Assembly: GCA_964016885.1 (NCBI GenBank)
Contig: OZ024745.1
Location: 132,494,001 to 132,558,000, forward strand
Origin: Eledone cirrhosa
Lineage: Eukaryota
Reading direction: 5' to 3'
DNA: 64,000 nt
Shown: positions 1 through 13,761 of the stretch, one piece after another
Numbering within the stretch: the stretch's first letter is position 1
Layout: each line of letters starts with the position of its first letter
Translations under genes and position numbers: made by a program
The notes under the pieces: generated by a model
The model's input: the letters and a program-made list of their open reading frames with translations, nothing else
What the model was told of the DNA's origin: nothing
Database searches by the model: none

Positions 1-639
1 GGTGCATTTCGGAACGAAACCAAATTTGTGGGCTTCATTAAAGTGAGTACATGTCGCTATTTAATAGCCTTGTTAGACACTAAGACTTCATATTAGGGAA
101 TGCATTTTCCCCATATATATATAGATTAATATCTATTTAATTTACTTTTTATTAATTTTAGAATTCAGTATTTTATGATATTTCATTGCCACCACAAGGA
201 TTTCCTTATCCTGATATAATTCTCTCATCTTAAATCTTTGAAATATGAGGCATTGCCAGATTTATTATAGCTATAGAGGACTGTCATAACAATCATTGTA
301 AATTACATAAAAACTATCAACTCAATTATTCACCATATTGTGCATGCATACTCGAGGATGACATTAATTATTTCTAGTGTTGGTTAATCTTCATATTTCC
401 CCAGCGAGACATATCTGCCCTCCAAGCAGAGGCAGATGTGTAACAAAAATAGTTTGTAGGTTCACAATTCAGAGTAACGTTTCCTTTTCCGTGGTCCGTA
501 TATATCTGGTGTGATTGTTGATATCTTCCAAACTTTCACACAATTCCATGTATTTTATCTCTGGTCACAACTTGGCTGAGGTTTATTGGTTAGATGTTCC
601 ATGTGAACATATCCAAATATATGTTTACAGAAAGATTTA

Positions 640-1325
640 CATGGTTTCTATGGACAGTTAAACATAAATTCTTGCTGAGAATTAAGTAACTCCTTAAGGG
701 TCAACATCGTTAGTATTTTGATCGAACACAATCACAGTCTGTGTATAGAAAACCGTAGAGTTTTATCGACAATTCTAATATGGAGCAGGCAAGCTGGTGG
801 TTTATGGTCATTCCCTTTAAGACTCCTACATATTCCACATTCTACGTAATCTGGTTTCGACTGACGTATGTGTGTAACATTGTTCTTGATTGAGATGGCC
901 GTTCCACCATTGTAACAGTACATTCTCTCCGAGGAGGTGATTCTGCATGCATAAAGTACGTTCGGGAAGAGGCACTCTCAATTTAGGGGCATGTTCAGGT
1001 TGTATACAGTTGAAGATGTTTTCATTATAGGTTGTCCCTTTTTTACTTTTGGTAATTTCGTAGGGAAAACATGTACTTAGGCCACTGTTTGGTGGATATT
1101 GCAGTGAGTTACTGTATTGACTGGTGTTGGCTGTCCTTCCTCAGGGCCTTTAAATTCCATTGTTTGTTTTGATATAATTCACATTCAACTCTATCATGGT
1201 GTTATTGGTTTAATGTGAGTTATTTGGTTATTTAACTTGTCACTTCTGGCACTCAGATTTCATATTTATAGTTTACACTTTATTGATGGAATGTAATCTC
1301 TTAGATTTGAGGTAGTAGTATAGGG
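640..1325 (-). mobile_element. Degenerate Penelope-like element (linker + GIY-YIG endonuclease remnant)
   Basis: Minus-strand translation across frameshifts gives YTTTSNLRDYI ... FNCIQPE-CPLN*ECLFPNVLYACRI...YCYNGGT, matching the YSTT.N / C.C.....CPL...CL..N..Y / Y.G.T pattern of the PLE ORFs at 43797 and 60392. Confidence 0.6.
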
Positions 1326-1419
1326 TTATTGAATATATATATATATAGGGGGGGGGGGTGTTGGTACTTGTTCACATGTATTTGTATTATTTCAAGAAAG
1401 AATACTCTACTAATCCACC

Positions 1420-1612
1420 AGGGCGGTTGATTGGCAGTATCGGTAGAGAGTCGGACACCATGCTTTGAAGCATAGAGTTACGTCACTTTATGATCTGAGT
1501 TCAAATCCCGCGGAGATTAACTTTGCCTTTCATCCTTACGGGGTCGATAAAATAAAGTACCAGTAATGTACTGGGTAATTGCTGGCCTTGTGCCAAAAAT
1601 AGAAACAATTAT
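1420..1612 (+). mobile_element. tRNA-derived SINE (major family), with 17-bp target-site duplication
   Basis: TGGCAGTATCGG A-box-like, GAGTTCAAATCC B box, core GCCTTTCATCCTTACGGGGTCGATAAAATAAAGTACCAG; ATTATTTCAAGAAAGAA repeated at 1386-1402 and 1608-1624. Confidence 0.9.
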
Positions 1613-2329
1613 TTCAAGAAAGAAATTAGCATAGAGGTGAAGTGATATTTACAATTTGCAAAATTAGATTATTATATAAATTTAAAATTACATACAACAA
1701 TCTAAATCTTAAAAAAATAAACAACTTTAACAAAGAAGTAAGATCGTAAATATGACTTCTTATTTTAAATATGTTTTTAGACATTTTTTCTCTGTCTAAT
1801 TTTTATGGGACTATGACGGAAGATAAAAACCTTGACTGAGTTACAATGAAATCAAATGAATAGATGAACAAAAATCATTTCTATGAAGAATTGTTTCTTA
1901 ATTTTTGTGAGTCTTTTTCATTTTTGTCAACCACGTCTGCGGAAAAACTATTTTCATAGACTTTTGAAAGAAAATGTCAGGTGAGGACATTTTGATGGTT
2001 TCAACTATATAACATGTCTAAAAAAAAAGTATGAAATATATAGATATAAATCAAATAAAGAGTTTGGTAAATTTGAAATAACCATTACACAGACAGAATC
2101 ATGTCTCGGAAACATCAGTTTATATTTATATTTTATATTTTATAATATTTTTTTTTAATATTTTTTCTTGTCTTACTTTGAAAGGCTATAATGTTTCTTG
2201 AAAAAGATAAATTGTTCTTTGTAGATTTGTAAATAAAAAAACGTCCACTCAGAGAAAACGTCACTGACAATGGTTAGATTCTCAAAAGGTCAACAAATAA
2301 CTACATAACTTGCTTACAAATATATGTTT

Positions 2330-2365
<36 letters not shown>

Positions 2366-2368
<3 letters not shown>

Positions 2369-2533
2369 GTGGCTGCCAACTCGTTTTCGAGTAAGGCCAC
2401 TTCTTTATATCCATGTAGGAGAGCCCCTACCGATGCGCTGAACGAGTGTGACTTTTTAGTCCAGCCAGCGACTTGAAAACTCTGGTACAAACACAACACT
2501 TGTGACAATTATTGACACATAGTGCTGGGCCCA
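2366..2533 (-). mobile_element. 3' end of RTE-derived element (C2H2 finger + 3' hairpin)
   Basis: Near-identical to 12600-12770; encodes CCVCTRVFKSLAGLKSHTRSAH; ends CTCGAAAACGAG...GCAGCCACCAT like the RTE 3' end at 57075-57116. Confidence 0.8.
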
Positions 2534-2599
2534 TATATATACATACACATATATATACATACACGTACACACACACACGCACACACACACACGCACACG

Positions 2600-2674
<75 letters not shown>

Positions 2675-2798
2675 ACGAAGGCCGTATGGACTTCGTTTGT
2701 TTTTGAGAATCGAAACCGACTCGGTAAAGGTAATCATAGTAAGTACAGTTAATTTTTTAAAATTTATTTTGAAACTTTATCTTATTTGCTAAACCTTC

Positions 2799-2858
<60 letters not shown>

Positions 2859-3451
2859 CATTATATATATATGTATATAAATAGGGAGACACAAAGCAGG
2901 CTTTGTATAGAAACGGCTAGCGAATTTCAAAATTAGGTAGTAACATGAGCTTACGCCGTATTTGACTAAATAGTATTACCGGTGGTGGGTCATAAGTCCG
3001 GGTCCTTATTAACAGCGAAGAAAAACATGTCTACACAAGGTGGGAGCAGTGAAAATGGAGAGCAATAGAAAAGGGTAGTAGTAAGGGAACAGAGAGAAAG
3101 AGAGGATAAATGAGTGGGAGAGGGAGAGAGAGATACTACATAAGTGGGAGAGAGAGAAAGGGAGAGAAAGAAAAGGAAAGAAAGGGTTACTTTACATAAT
3201 GTGCTGCACCTCGTGTGCCCTCGCTTTATCGGAATGGTTTCACTTCAGTTTAATTTATTTCCTCTTGCTTTTTTCCTTCCCCAATAAGTTACAAAGTTAT
3301 TGACGCACTGGATATAGACATATTGTCTTTAATGCGTTGAAACGTCCGAGACCCCCGGCAGACAACTGAAGAGGGGACCTGACCCTTGTTTGTGCTTTCC
3401 TTTCATTTCTAAATACACTTTATCAGTAACCACACAGCACCCCGTTTCATA

Positions 3452-3760
<309 letters not shown>

Positions 3761-3790
3761 ATATCAAAAGATGGTTAAAAGAGTTCCATG

Positions 3791-3861
3791 TATTTTATTA
3801 TGCGCATTTCGAAAACAAATATCATCATGCAATAACATTTGTGTTTTCATCAGATAAAATA
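3791..3861 (-). ncRNA. Type I hammerhead ribozyme motif (intact core, AUA triplet)
   Basis: Minus strand: TATTTTAT-CTGATGA-[long stem II AAACACAAATGTTAT/ATGATATTTGTTTTC]-GAAA-T GCGC A-TA-ATAAAATA; 8-bp stem I, palindromic stem III loop. Confidence 0.85.
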
Positions 3862-4516
3862 GGAAGACATGACATGAAGGTTAAAGAACACTTGTGAATA
3901 GTGCAGTTTTAAATCAACATATCAACATATATATATATATGTGTGTGTGTGAAGGCGTATTATGATGTAAACGCCTTTGATGCGTTTCCAATAGGCATTA
4001 ATAATTTATGCAGGCCGATCATTACTTTTTTAATCTATGGAGCAATGTTTACATATTTAATGTCTACAACGAAATCCATGTAACTTTGGTTCACCCTGTA
4101 CTCCATTTTTAAGATCAGTATTTGTAGTGTATCTCAGCTGGTTACAGCACAATTTAATACACTACATATAATAGAATTGTCTGTTCTGTTGAAGTTGATA
4201 TATATATGTATTAGAAAGAACAGAATAAAAAAGGTAAGTTAACACAATTTTTCTGTAAGAATTTACAATAAATCTATTGCCTGTAGCAATAGTAACAATA
4301 TAGCCAGTCCACTATTTACGTGTAAAGGATGTATTTACACAATTATCGCTGCCAACAATAAGTGAGAAAATCAAATAACCAAACGAATCCTTGACAATAA
4401 ATATGTTGTAAGCAAAATTTATTCATTAACACGTAGAAAGTACATATACTACCAAAAGGATATCATTAATAATATAACGATAGTTTACTTACTCTCACGA
4501 ACATGTATATGCATAT

Positions 4517-4580
<64 letters not shown>

Positions 4581-4599
4581 TGTAAATATATTTTATTCT

Positions 4600-4654
4600 A
4601 TATGTTATTATTTCTGGCAATATTATAACAATATGAGCCTCCCCAAGTATAACA

Positions 4655-4731
<77 letters not shown>

Positions 4732-4812
4732 CATATACATATTGTTATATTTGGGGAAGGTCATATTGTTATAATATTGCCAAAAATAATAACATATATA
4801 TATATAATAACA
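4600..4812. repeat. Inverted repeat (~55-bp arms) around a (TA)n tract; related to 6525-6700 and 17975-18045
   Basis: TGGCAATATTATAACAATATGAGCCTCCCCAAGTATAACAATAT versus its reverse complement at 4741-4790. Confidence 0.85.
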
Positions 4813-4825
4813 CACACACACACAC

Positions 4826-4868
<43 letters not shown>

Positions 4869-4876
4869 CATGTATG

Positions 4877-4992
<116 letters not shown>

Positions 4993-5477
4993 GATGTATA
5001 TATACATATATAAATATATATATATATGTATATATCTAAGCATGTTATTATATTAATATGTGTCTATGTGTGTCTTTTATGTGTTTGCGTTCTGTTTTTA
5101 GTGTGTGCGGCGCGAGGGCATGTGTGTGTCTTACATAAGGTAAAAAAGACTAAGACAAACCGAAAGACCGCCAGCCAAACTTTCTATTCTGATATTTAAA
5201 ATCGAAAATAAAATCTATTCGTAAAAACAAAGCCATAAAAAACAGTTGATTTAGACTTTTGAACACAGCAGATTTGTGTTAAACTGACTCAACCCAGGCT
5301 CTCACACAAAACATACAAATACACACAATCACTAGCCGCATGTGCAGACGCCACATGTGCACAGTTATATATACTTATATACAGATATATATTTGTTTTT
5401 ATTGATTGCCCAAATGTTAAATATATATATATATATACTTTATAAACAGGAATCAAAGAGTGTTTAAAACATTTAAT

Positions 5478-5525
5478 CACTTACGATCGTTTCATCCTAA
5501 CACAAGGCCGGGATCATGGAGTATA
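5478..5525 (-). ncRNA. Degenerate hammerhead motif, inverted partner of 6242-6290
   Basis: TATACT-CC(-)ATGA-TCC...GGAT-GAAAC-GATC-GTA-AGTG; one core base deleted. Confidence 0.6.
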
Positions 5526-6241
5526 TAATAAAGGTTAAATGAAATGTAATATCAGAATATTTGAGGATACGTAATATTGGAAGTAAGCATAAGTATCAAC
5601 ATTTATAAAAGTAAAGATAGCAAAGGTAGAAGAAGCATATGATAATTATGAACATATAAATACAATAAAATGAAATTAGGAGCAGCTAAAAGCATTAAGA
5701 AATTTAAAAACATTCTGGTATAGAGAAAACTGCCGCTATAAGGAAGTTATGTATAGCGGAAGACATATATCATGATTAGTAAATAAACATATATCATAAG
5801 CATTACAAAAGTTTATAAAGTTAATAAGAGCAGGTGTGCAGTTCAAATATAACTTTAACAATATAAGAGTATAAAAATACATCTCAATATATATTTTAAT
5901 ATATATTGAGATGTATTTAAATAAAATATATTTAAATAAAAAGTTCGACTGCGTCATTCAGTCATAAAGATAAACTATTATTTTTCAAAGGTAATAATGA
6001 GAGTAGTTAGCAAAATAAAAATCAAATATAGGTTAAAATTTTATTATTATTAATTCAAAGGAATTAATGTTGTGTAAATATAATTATTAAAGTAAAATCC
6101 AGCATAGAATAAGTGCTATCGGAAAAAGGCACCAGATATTTGAATGGGAGGAAGACAATCTTATAATTCCCATATTGTGTACCCTCAACATGTTCTAATT
6201 GCAAACTTCTGATATTATATTTGTGTCTTAACATTTATTAT

Positions 6242-6290
6242 ATACTCCGATGAAACCAGCCTTGACTTAGGTTGAAACGGTCGTAAGTGT
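6242..6290 (+). ncRNA. Type I hammerhead motif with CCGAUGA core variant
   Basis: ATACT-CCGATGA-AACC-loop-GGTT-GAAAC-GGTC-GTA-AGTGT. Confidence 0.7.
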
Positions 6291-6424
6291 TAAATGTTCT
6301 AAAGACTCTTTTATTGTTGTTTTTAAAGTATTTCGGCTCTGTAATGTATTTGTCATTTTACATGGAGCTATTCGCATACTTGCAATTGGATAATATTTAA
6401 TATTACCCACATTTTATATATATG

Positions 6425-6458
<34 letters not shown>

Positions 6459-6805
6459 TATATATATATTTCGTTTCTGAATTTGTTTAGCAAGATTCTT
6501 TAACTGAAAACGTGTGTTGGAACCGATATTGTTATGCTTTGGGAGGGTCATGTTGCCATAAGTAACACACGCACCAGTTGCGTTCACTGAAAATAACTGG
6601 TGCGTGTGTTTCTTATTGGAAACATGACCCTCCCAAAGCATACTATATATATATATATATATACTTTGGAAGGGTTATGCTGCCAATAATAACATACGCG
6701 GCATTATGTAATTAAGGACAAAATAAAGACATACAGACAAATACAAAAAACAAACCCATAAAACAAATCAGACACTCCGGCGTCAGTCAGTCACTAGGGT
6801 GACTG

Positions 6806-7210
6806 CTAGATGAACGGGTACTGTACTGTAGAGGGAGACAACGTGGAGGCTAACGGCATATCTGTTGAGTTTAAGTTGGTTATGCTGTAGTTCGCCGGAG
6901 CTGCTGGAAAAGTAGCAGGAAAAGTAGCAAGCATAGGCTTGATGATCTGGGAGAAGAACCATGAGATTTTCCAGAGGGGTCCTTCTATGCTCGAGATAAT
7001 TGGTTCAATCTGTAGATCAACACTGGTTTTCTGAGTTTTAATGAGGTAGTAGAATGTCGGTAGCCTGCCTTTTCTGGTCATTTGTTAGAGAGTTTTCTAC
7101 GTCTGCAGATATCCGCCCAGGCGGTGTTGATGTAGTCTTCAATCTTTGATGCATCTATTTCTGTCACTTCTGTATATAGTTCTGCGGTCCTACTATTATG
7201 TTTCCTCCCG
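6806..7210 (-). mobile_element. Penelope-like element RT N-terminal fragment
   Basis: RLPTFYYLIKTQK...EPIISSIEGPLWKISWFFSQIIKP matches the PLE RT motif P.FY.LPK.HK...RPIIS...P...LS......KP. Confidence 0.7.
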
Positions 7211-7532
7211 TTGTATTGTAATGTTTACTTAGGTAATGTTTACTTACAGTACCACAGGTGTGTGATGAAAGAACTTTGATAGACTATATATATTAATATA
7301 TATATATATATATTCAACTGTTTGTCGATCAATGATAAACATTGATTGCCAGGAAAAATTAATTATGACGATATATTATATAAGAAAGCAAACCCAACCC
7401 CAATAAAAAAATAAGTGTGTTTTCCTATTATATTTGGTAGTTTTATAACAATATTACCCTCCGTAAATATAACAATATTTGTTTCAACACCCGATTTCAC
7501 ATCAAACACCTTACAAAACAAATCCATCACCG

Positions 7533-7572
<40 letters not shown>

Positions 7573-7789
7573 ATGTGCGTGTGTGTGTGTGTGTGTATGT
7601 GTGTATAAAGAGACGAAGGTAAAATCCAGAGAGTGTGGGCAAACGCATATATATATATATATATGATTATATAGAAAAAGATATTTGGTATAATATGTGT
7701 TAGTTAAACAACCAACTGCAGTGTACGCAGGCTAAAGCACTCAGCGAAATATACACGTAGGTTTGTGAAGTCCGGAAGATAATTATAAA

Positions 7790-7990
7790 AATAGTTTCTG
7801 ATTTAGGCGCAAGGCCATCAAGTTTTAGGGAGGGAAAACTCGGCTAAATCAACTCTAGTGCATCACTGGTACTTTATTTTATCGACCCCGCAACGCTAAC
7901 CTCGGCAGGATTTGAACATAGAACGTAAAAGGCCTGAATTATATGCCTGAAAGCATGTTATCCGACGCTCTACCGATACTCCTAATCCAT
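7790..7990 (-). mobile_element. SINE (major family, older long variant)
   Basis: CTGGTACTTTATTTTATCGACCCCG core and GGATTTGAAC B box on minus strand. Confidence 0.8.
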
Positions 7991-8092
7991 AATTATAATA
8001 CTGAAGTATATATTAGACAACATGTCAGAATTTATATCAAGTATTCGTTACAGCAATTGTGAAATCTCTTGAAATAGTTTTATCTGGTTCAT

Positions 8093-8278
8093 ATTGGCAG
8101 TATCGGTAGAGGGTCGGACGCCATGCTTTCCAGCATAGTTACGTCCCTTTACGATCTGAGTTCAAATCCTGCCGAGGTTGACTTTGCCTTTCATCCTTAC
8201 GGGGTCGATAAAATAAAGTACCAGTAATGCACTGGGTAATTGCTGGCCTTGTGCCTAAAGTAGAAACAATTATATTAT
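8093..8278 (+). mobile_element. SINE (major family)
   Basis: Full A box, B box, core and (ATT) tail, highly similar to 1420-1612. Confidence 0.9.
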
Positions 8279-11200
8279 AGTGGTGGAATAAGTGAGTGAG
8301 CAAACGTATTGTGGGTCGTACGTAGCAGTGATACAACAATGCAAGATAGTGGTTTAGAAAAAAGTTATGTGCATCTTAAATTTGCACTACCCGCACACGG
8401 GTATTTAAAACAAAGGTATATATGTAACTGAGGATCAATTTTGAGCATGTAAATCGTCAAAGAGGCTGTAACATCTGGTAAATAAAGTATTTTCCATAAA
8501 ATCTATTTTTGATTGTATCTTAATGTGTTGTTACTCGACAATATTTTCCTTAGCAGTTCAGGTGCTTTTCTGTGTTAGTTTATATACCCACGATCAAAGA
8601 TATTTCGGGCATGATCATCCTGCTATTTGCAGCAGGCTCAGTTCATTTCATGTCATGAAAACATGTCGTTCGTTATTAACTATCGTGAAGCAACCAGTTT
8701 AGACTTTATCAATTGAATGAGAAGCAAGAGTAGTTAACAAATATCATTCTCGACGAGAACATGGTAGTACAATGTTTTGTTGTTCTTATTTACTGCAATA
8801 TAAACATTGATTAAGCAAGCTTCTGATCAAAAGCATTCCAGTCGTGATCATGTCGTCTTTTTAAGATTGCTTATGTGTACATCATCTTATATATTCTTTC
8901 TTTTAAAACCAACAGTAAAGTTAAAGGAGATTTGTCAACTATTTTAATAAACCACGTAATAATGAATAAGTTCCCTCATTGACCCGTTGTATGTTTTTAT
9001 CGAAAATGGGTTACACCAGTTGCAATTAAGAATTCAATTATGCTGTCTTAGTGCTGGAACAATACTCTACTATCTTATCCATCTATGTGTTAGTACTGAG
9101 CTTTCCTATATCAATTTCTGTTGTACTAAGTAACTATATCTAGGTCGATTTACACCTTATAATATACTATACTCTGTCTAACAACAAGTTCCGTATTACA
9201 AAGTGGGAGTCATCCATTCATGCTGAAACTCCAGAATATATACTCCATATATATAAGGCCATATCCATCAACAATTTACTAAACGTTAGTAAGGCAAACA
9301 TTTCAATAGTAAGGCAAGCATCTCAATTTACTATAGTACATACTATAATACTACAATATACTAAACGATAACAGTACAATCTTAAACCAGAAAGTGAATC
9401 ACTTCACAAAATGTTGGTTATTACTCTCACACTAACTATTTACCACAACAACTACAATAACAACATGAGTAATTGTGTCTCTTTATACACCCAACTGTCT
9501 TCATTATACGTTTTCTTAATCAAATATCTATCAGGAAAATTATTATTTTCAATGGTAATCATTTCTGTTCGAAGCAGCCGTAACTGATATCATGTCATAA
9601 ACACATGATATTTACTATTGTGTAGTGAGAAGGATCAATCTTTTCGAATCAATGGAAATTAATGATATATTCACGATCATGCAGGTATACTTAAATTGCT
9701 ATCTTTATATTAATGTGTACAATAATTCCATCATATAAATACCGACTATATCATTTATCAACTGAAGATTATTTGTCTGAGAAAATAAGAAAATAATAAG
9801 AAAAAAAACGAAGAAACATAAAAAAATTTCTAAATGAAGAATATTTGAATAAAAAAAAAATTACATTAAGACGTATTCATACTTTTATCTTTGAAATCAA
9901 ATTCGGTTCCTATATTCTGGTAATTTAAAGATAAAATTAGAAATTTCTATAGCTTTTATAATTCCAGACGATTGCCTAAAACTTCTCCGAAACTGTGATT
10001 AGTTTACGGAAATTGAACCATCTACGGTTCTCACTTACTTGGCTTTTAGTTAAGTCTTGTTTTATTTGAGTTTTTATTTTGTTCTAGGATATTCATTGGA
10101 AACTGAAGAATATAAAAGGATACTTGATTCTATTTTGTTTCTTCATCAGAAACAGGTGATAAAAGATATATGTAATATGATGACTAAAATAGGTACTTTG
10201 CGGTGAATTTCCACCAAGATCAATAAAGAAAAAATGATTTTCGAACCTATTACAGTGAAAAGATTGGTTCCCCAAATATGGAAAACGAAATGTTTATTTA
10301 TAGAACTTTTACGAATACATTGTTTTGATATTGGCAAATATTAAAGTGGCTATATGGTGGAAAAATGAGATGTTCACTGCTCTCCTGTTACTGTTACAAT
10401 TACTATTTACTGACTGTTATACTAAACTGTTGGATATATAGTGGACAGAATATGGTTAAAATGGATTGACTATTATATTTCTGTGACTTGTAGCTCTACG
10501 GGGTAGAAGTGTATTAAACGTGGTAGGGATGTTTAGAGAAAAGTGTGCTTGTATTACAGAAGGTGAATGCAAAGAGATGATTGTATTAAAGACGTTGAAC
10601 GCAGAGAGAATGTAGTGTAAATAAGAAAGTTGTTCACGTGTATAATTAGTTTATCTAGTGATATACAGATACTATATAATTGTAGAGCTTACAGTTCTGA
10701 TTAGGTAGTATTGAATATATGCTGAAGTAATGAGATTAATTTCTCGGAATAACATAGATAGGTATTATTCCACTTGTTAGACGAGGTCGTCAATGTAAAG
10801 ATTCTGGCATAAAGAGATGGAGATTTTTGCTGTATGACACTGAGAAATGAACAGATAATTTATTATGTGTTTGGATCATATTGCAATATATTAAAGAGAG
10901 TTGATAATTTTTAACATTTATTAGGTAGACATTAACATTTCTCTGAAATACAGCGACAATAAGCAAGAAGCCTCTGTATATGACATTACGATGCGATTTC
11001 GATTTCCCCTTGGATAAAGTGTTCTCCCTTTCCTCTGTTAATATTCACACAAACAATCATTATGTCAAAACGCCTTTTTATTATTTCCTCTGATTTCTTA
11101 ATCTTGATCTTTCGTGTTTGAATTCAATATAAATGTATAGGAATATATTGTCATTTAAAATAACAGAATTTCCAACTCCGAAACAGTGAAGCGATGAAAC

Positions 11201-12160
11201 AGAGTGAGCGTAAGTTAAAATGGTGGAGAATAAAGCCTAATGTAGCACAAGAGAGTGGACAATTAATTCACATTACCTCAGCTTATTATTCATTGTTATT
11301 TCATATATTTCGTACCAATGAGAAGTTGCATCGATTGCTGGGTGAAGGAAACCGAAACGAAATAGTGGCTGAACTAAAGATTTAAAGTAGTGTTATAATT
11401 TATAGGCTTTGAGTCTTGGCAAAAGCACAAAACCTTTCTCCAAGACGAACAATCTTTACTAACAAAGAATTGATTCGAACCTAGCAACCAAAGAAATAGG
11501 TGTCAATCCTATACATTTCCAGATGTGAAGCGAATATGTATGTTCTTCTGGTTTTAAAATTTCATAGAATTTTTACCAACATAAATACAAGACTCACTCA
11601 TTGGAATTTAAATAACATCAACTAGGTAGATATATCTGCATGCATGCATTTGTGTGCTGGTATGGATATTATCGTATTTGTGGATGTGTCTGTTTTGAGT
11701 TGTATGTGTGCATATGCATTTTGTTTTGTATCTGTACAAGTGTACATACAGTTATTAGATGCAGAATTGTTGGAATGTTTTACATATTTTTACTGTTCCA
11801 TTAATGGATTGTACTTGTAATTTCCTAACTAGGTGTGTTTTTTCTGTTTCTGTGAAGCCCAGCTTCTCAAGATTTGTTACTAACATACCCCAGAGCCCCA
11901 ATAATCACAGGTATAATTCTGAAGGTGTAATCAGGGTGGAGTATCTGCGGAATTCTCATTAGTTCTGCATAAATATACTCCTATTCGCTAATCTTTGATA
12001 TCATATTGGCATCGGCTGGGCAGCTAGCTGCCACTACTGTGCATTTCTTCTTTTCTCTGCTTCATATCATTATATCTGGTCTGTTATGCCTGCATGTATG
12101 TATGTATGTATGTATGTATGTATGTATGTATGTATGTATGTATGTATGTATGTATGTATG

Positions 12161-12770
12161 TCAGGTCACCAGTTGGTGCTACTGATAACATGTATCCCAG
12201 TACAACCTGTCTCATGGTCAGGTCGTAGGCGAATAAACTGGCAACCCCACCAAGGTGTCTTGGTGAGGGGGGTGACTTTGGACATCCTGCAGGACTAAAA
12301 CAAAACCTGACAAAGGGTAAAGGAGCTCTTAAGAGTCAATGACCATCCAAAATCACCGGGAGAGATGACCCCTTAGCCTTTATCAAGGCAGAATTCTAGG
12401 AGAAGGAAAACTCTGATATAATACCTGCAACCCGGATGGTAGCCAATGATGTTGACTTGTTCTTCTTTTTGGTAAATATCATCTTGGTTAAGAGAGTGGG
12501 ACTGGCTTTGTACAGTGCTTTTGCTCACTATAAAAGCTTCACGGCACAGGCAATGCTTTATATCTGGAGATCTCTCTGCACTTGTCATCACATGGTACCA
12601 TGGGCCCAGCACTATGTGTCAATAATTGTCACAAGTGTAGTGTTTGTACCAGAGTTTACAAGTCGCTGGTGTGGACTAAAAAGTCACACTCGTTCAGCGC
12701 ATCGGTAGGGGTTCTCCTACATGGATATAAAGTAGTGGCCGTACTCGAAAACGAGTTGGCAGCCACCATT
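12161..12770 (+). mobile_element. Non-autonomous RTE derivative (5' UTR joined to C2H2-coding 3' end), flanked by (TATG)n
   Basis: CTAGGAGAAGGAAAACTCTGA motif typical of RTE 5' UTRs; 3' end shared with 2366-2533 and 57075-57116. Confidence 0.7.
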
Positions 12771-12790
12771 TATGTATGTATGTATGTATG

Positions 12791-13180
12791 TTTAGTTTAT
12801 GCTGTGGCCTTTTTCTTCTAGGCAGCTCCCCATAATACTGCTGTCTAGCCAGCATTCCATCCTCCGTCCTGATCACATGATCAGCCCAGCACGTCTGGTT
12901 CATAATAATCCTCCTCTCAATACTGGTACTACCTGCTTTCTCAAGTAGCACAGCATCAGATGTGTAAGGTACCACTTGATGTTCAGGATGCATCGTATAC
13001 AATGCTGTTGAAATATTTCCAACTACCTGATTTGATGCCTGGAAATTGTCCACGTTTCGCATCCATATAGCAGTGCTGTAAGAAATCGGGCTTCATACAC
13101 AGAAAGCTTTGTGATTTTCACGATTTGACCAGACTCGCTTCTCAAGCTTCCCGAAGGCAAAACTTGCCTTCCCAATCCGG
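12791..13180 (-). mobile_element. RTE LINE fragment (post-RT region), inverted 5' part
   Basis: FGKLEKRVW, TALLYGCETWT-like, WADHVIRTEDGMLARQQYYGELPRRKRPQHK. Confidence 0.8.
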
Positions 13181-13712
13181 TGATCTATTTCGGGGATAGA
13201 CTGGCTGAAGGCCGTATATCATGGAGAAAGATTATCAAATATGTATGCGATGCCTTTGAGAAAAAGCGAGCAGAGTACGCTGTTTTGAAGCGTTCACTTC
13301 GTAAGCGGGACTCAAGTGTAATGCCTGTAAACATTCAGCAATATAAGGAAGATTTGAGATGCAATGTATGTGGCCGATTTCTTCTAACACGACCTGGATT
13401 TTTAACCATCTGAAATCACACGAGCCAGGGATAAATCGAGCCAAATGTGAGATAGCTGTACTGCCACACACTCCCCGAGATATTTGCAGTGAGTGTTGCT
13501 TAATTTGCCAGTCAGCAGGTGGACTGACCAACCATGGTAAAATGTATGTAGTCACACCCCACCTTTACCAGGAGACAGACAGTTCAAGTGTCACGTCTGT
13601 GAACATATCTTTAAAACAAAAGTGGGTCTGAAAAGTCACCTGCATGTATATGACCGTGCAATGTTCAATCAAGAGATGGCACTCTTCTGACAAGAAGTAG
13701 CAATAGACACGT
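13181..13712 (+). mobile_element. RTE LINE 3' part with three C2H2 fingers, followed by (TATG)n
   Basis: LRCNVCGRFLLTRPGF.NHLKSH, ICSECCLICQSAGGLTNH, FKCHVCEHIFKTKVGLKSHLHV (frameshifted). Confidence 0.75.
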
Positions 13713-13761
13713 GTATGTATGTATGTAAGTCTGTATGGATGGATGGATGTAAACATACTAG

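Noticed and set aside
9763-9800. CTGAAGA...GAAA hammerhead candidate (also isolated CTGANGA at ~10143, 20015, 25277, 35438, 38514, 47657)
   Set aside because: No credible stem I/III or cleavage triplet; expected by chance in AT-rich DNA
13359-13655. Host C2H2 zinc-finger gene
   Set aside because: Fingers lack TGEKP linkers, are frameshifted, and are continuous with RTE coding sequence and tail
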